Below are positions 60,201 to 64,000 of a stretch of 64,000 bases of DNA, piece by piece. The position numbers were made by a program, and so were the translations under genes. The notes beneath the pieces were generated by a model. The model was not told where the DNA came from. It saw nothing but the letters and a program-made list of their open reading frames with translations, and ran no database searches. Position 1 is the first letter of the stretch, and each line of letters opens with the position of its first letter. The DNA lies in the NCBI GenBank assembly GCA_013239625.1, contig MU055753.1, positions 2,472,702 through 2,536,701 of the forward strand, given 5' to 3'. Source of the stretch: Lama guanicoe. Lineage: Eukaryota.

Positions 60201-63200
60201 CCGGCCTCTCCCAAACTAGGAAAAGCCATGGGCTGTGCAGACTAGGAAGACCTGGTGTGGGGCAGGGTGAGAAAAGGCCCCGCCCCCACCCCCACAGTCC
60301 TGCCACCCTCCCTGCCAAGGCCCCCCCTGTCGGTTCTCAGGTACCTCAGCAGAACCCAGGGGAGGGACTCTCAAGGATTCTATCCATGAAAGAGAAAAGA
60401 CCCCAGGCCATGATGGAGATGAGGCTGTCTGCCTTGGGTAAGGCTAGTGGGAGGATGGGACCCTCAGATGCTCAGGGTCTGTGCAGACCTCACCTCAGCC
60501 AGGGGTCAAGGCCCAGGAGTCTCTGTCCACTCACATCCATGTCTAAGGGACTTCTAGGGCCTGCAGTGCCCTGACTGCCCAGTGAGGAGCCAGAGATCTG
60601 CCTGAAATGCCCCAGCCATCCTGAGCCCCTTTTCAGGAAAGCCCCCCACCAGCTCCCTTCTCTGAGTAGTCTGCACAGGAGGGCAGCCCAGCTCCTTCGA
60701 AACCCTCCTCAGCCCATGCCCTGGAGGGAGCCCAAAGGGATCTGCTGGGGCCTCACTCTCAGGAATGTGGGACACGGCCCTCCTTTCCCTTGGGAAGTAC
60801 CCAGAGGTGGTATAGATCAGACATTGCCAGGGTCTCTGCCTACTTGGCCTCAAGGCTGTCACCAGTGGAGCAGAGACCCAGGCTGGCCATGCTGGAGCTG
60901 GGGTAAGTGGGGTGGCCAGAGGCAGAGCCAAGCCAGGCCAGAGGCACCTTGAGGCAGCTCTCCCAACAACAGGCATGATGGGGTCCCCTGAATAGCACAT
61001 GCTGAGCCAGCCAGGGGTAGACTGCCCTATAAACAGTCAGGGCACACTTTTGGGATACCCCAGGGAGGAGCCTGGATGGCTCAGGAACCCTCAGCCCTTC
61101 CTGCCACGGCCCTGGGTGGCCAAATGGCGGGACTGCAGCCAGAGCTCCAGGTGCAGCCCTCGCATCACCTGCAGACCGCACAGCCCCAGGGTCATCCCCT
61201 GCCTAGGACCCCCTGGCCCAAGCCCAGGCTGGGCTGCCAAATCCTACAGAGACAGGCCTGGTTGCCATAGTGAAGCCAAACACATTTCCCTCAGCAGTTC
61301 CTTGGCGTCCCCTTAATATGCTTTTTCCATTCCAAACAGGCAGAGTGTGCTGTCAGGGATCCCCCAGAACCTCAGCAGGCCCTGGTCTGAGGCCTGCCGG
61401 GCCTCCCCTCCCTCCCAGCACTCAGGACAGGCCTTTGCCCTCACCTCTGCATCCTTCCCTTGGGACCCACAGCCCAGACTCCATGGAGGCTTCAAAGCGC
61501 CTGACCAGACTGCTATGGCCTCCCCTCCCCAGGCTCTGCCCCCTTGGACCCTCCCCCAGCCTCCTGGCCTTTCCTGTCCAGGTCCAGCCTCTGCAGCACC
61601 CAGGGCCATCTCTGCTAGACGGAGGGGGTCTCTCCTGCTCTGTGGCCTGGCCTTAACCCCTACTTGGAATGCCTTCGCTTCCCCACCTGCCCCTTGGGGC
61701 CAGCCTCATCTCTCTGTCCTTTTTTCCCCCATGTACAGGATGGAGACCTGGCCCAGCTTGGGGACATCCAGAAGGCTTCCTGGAGGAAGGGGTTGGCCAG
61801 ATCCAGAGCAGGGAATGTTCTGGGAAGAGACGGCATTCATCCTCCTATCTCAGTGCCTGGCTACAGGGCTCCTTTTTCTGCCCACACTCTCCCTCCAACT
61901 CAGTGCCCAGCCTAGCCCTGACTGCAGGGGCAGAACTGGGAAGCATGTGCATGTCCCTGGCTGTCCTAAATCAGGGGTCTAAACTCATAAAAACAGGTCC
62001 TGGGCCTTTGCCCAAGAGCCAAGCAGCGGGCAGTGGCTAGGCCTGGTCTATACCTACAAGTCCCCCTGGCCATTTTCTCATTGCTTCCTGCGTGGCTTCT
62101 GTCGCTTGTGTGTCTTCCTACTTGCTTCTCTGGAGAAGTCAGGGAGTGCAGCCCCAGTCCCTGGGCCAGATCCAGGTCTGGAGGTGCCCCAGGAGCTCAG
62201 AGGGCAACAATCTTGCCTGCCCACTCCTCTGTCCAGCCCACGTCATCCAGCCCTTGCTGCCCCATCACCACTCTGGCTGGCACATTCCTCCGGCTCCTGC
62301 CACCTGGATGCCCTCCCAAGGTGCTCTTGGGATTATTCACCCCCTAAAAGGCTTCCAAACAGCCTGCTTCCTCCTGCCCAGGGTGGCCAAGTGCCAGGTG
62401 TGCACCATGACTTTAGCCCCAGCCCCCAGGGCCCATTTCCTGCTTCGTCTGCCCCACCTGACTCCGTGCTCCTCCAGGGAGTGACCATATCTCTTCTGCT
62501 CCAGGGCCAGTGCATGAGGGACACTGGGGGCATCTGTCTATAGGGGCTGGTGGGCCTGTCTTCAAGGGTGCCTCCTGCATAAGCTGGCCTGAGGCCTGAA
62601 GGCCTAGGTGCCCACCCATGAACAGACCTGAGTTCAAATCCCACCTCTGCCACTTAACGGCTATGTGACTTTGGGCCAGCTGCTTGCCTGTGTGGTCCTC
62701 AGAGTTCTCATCCATAAAAATGGAGTGGATGTACCAGGTCTGGAAGGAACTGTGAGAGATGCCACATGAGTCAATAGTGAAGGCTCTGCTGACAGCAGCT
62801 TCTCTTGGAGAACTGAAGATGGAGGCTGAGAGCCCATGCCAGGGACATACAGCCAGTGAGAGGTCACTCCATTGCTGCCAGCAAACCACAAGGCCCCACT
62901 GTGCACTTAAGCCAGCCCCTCACTCAGCATGCTAGCCAGCAACTGAATCACAGTGTCTGGGCTGCCCAAGCCTCCCAACCTCGGCTCTTCAACTGCATCT
63001 TCTTCCATTTCCCAAACTGTCCATTCCTTTGTCCTGCCAACTGGCCAAGGGTCACACCCACTGCCTGCCAGGCCCTATCCTAGAGAGAGGGGACGTGGTG
63101 ACAACTAATCATGAGTCTGACCCTAGAGAAGCTGGGAGCCCGGTGGGGGAGGCCAAGGGTCAGAAGTACTACTACGCTCTGTTCAACATGACAAAGGCAC

Positions 63201-64000
63201 TTTTCTGTGGGGGCCTGTTCCTCCTAAGTCAGTTCTGAAGACCCTGATCTTTTTCATTCATTTCCTGGAAGATCATGACACACAACCATAGTGGACTTAC
63301 TCCATAGGGACCCTAAGTTCAAGACCCTCCTTCCTGGCCAGTTGTCTCTTTCAGCCAGGCTGTCCAGTCTCTGCTTTCCCCCAGAAGGAAGTTATGGTTT
63401 TCTGGAGATAGTGCTGCTATAGGATTCAGGCACCCTGAGACACAGGGACTGGGGTTTCCATGGAGAAATTTGAATGCCCAGAGAAGTGGAAGTGGGGATT
63501 TATGACAGAGAGAAGGGGTGTGGGAAGGAAGAGGCCCAAAGAGAAGGAATGGGAGGAAGGCCACACGCTTGGCCAAGGCCAAGGGGCAGGCAGCCCCCAG
63601 GAGAGGTGGCCTGCATTAGGGGGTAGGGGTCTGAGGGATAGGAGAAGGGTGGGCAGACAGGCTGGGCAGCACAGAGCTCTAAGCAAGGGATGCAGCAAAG
63701 CAGGGTGGAACCCTTCCCCCTAGGGCAGGGTGTGATCCAGCGAGACACCAGACTCAGCCCCAGCTTACTGCCCTGACCTGGCTCAAGACAACCAGGCCCA
63801 GGCAGCCAGACCCAGTGAGGACTCGGAGATGAGGGCCCCACCCCAATCTCCACTGCACACCAGCTAGCCTCACTCTCTCCTGTTTCCCCACTGAAGCCAG
63901 CAGTCCGTCCTCCACATACAACCAGAGGTTCTTTATTAGACTCAGATCTGATGCCACTCTCCTGTGCTTGAGTCCTCCAACTGCCTCCTTTGTAAGCACA

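Overview
This is GC-rich mammalian genomic DNA, most likely a camelid, judged from two Vic-1-like tRNA-derived SINEs. It is syntenic with human 16p13.3 in reversed orientation. Gene order: E4F1 (-, exons 1-8, runs off the left edge), PGP (+), BRICD5 (+), MLST8 (-), CASKIN1 (+, exon 1 inferred to lie in an N-gap) and TRAF7 (-, non-coding exon 1 beyond the right edge, exon 9 mostly in an N-gap). I traced exon boundaries by hand. Summed exon lengths give 321 aa (PGP), 227 aa (BRICD5), 326 aa (MLST8) and 670 aa (TRAF7, assuming a 135-nt exon 9). Most ORFs in the supplied track are spurious GC-rich frames. I see no evidence for a wholly new biological system. The most interesting signals are RNA-processing and regulatory: a U12 minor intron in MLST8; an MLST8 poly(A) signal embedded in BRICD5 codons; a CASKIN1/TRAF7 3'UTR overlap switchable by poly(A) site choice; an in-frame PGP intron and a candidate stop-skipping splice; twin GC-AG introns in CASKIN1; candidate poison exons; a SOXE-dimer site at BRICD5; and kB/octamer and ETS/AP-1 clusters in TRAF7 introns.
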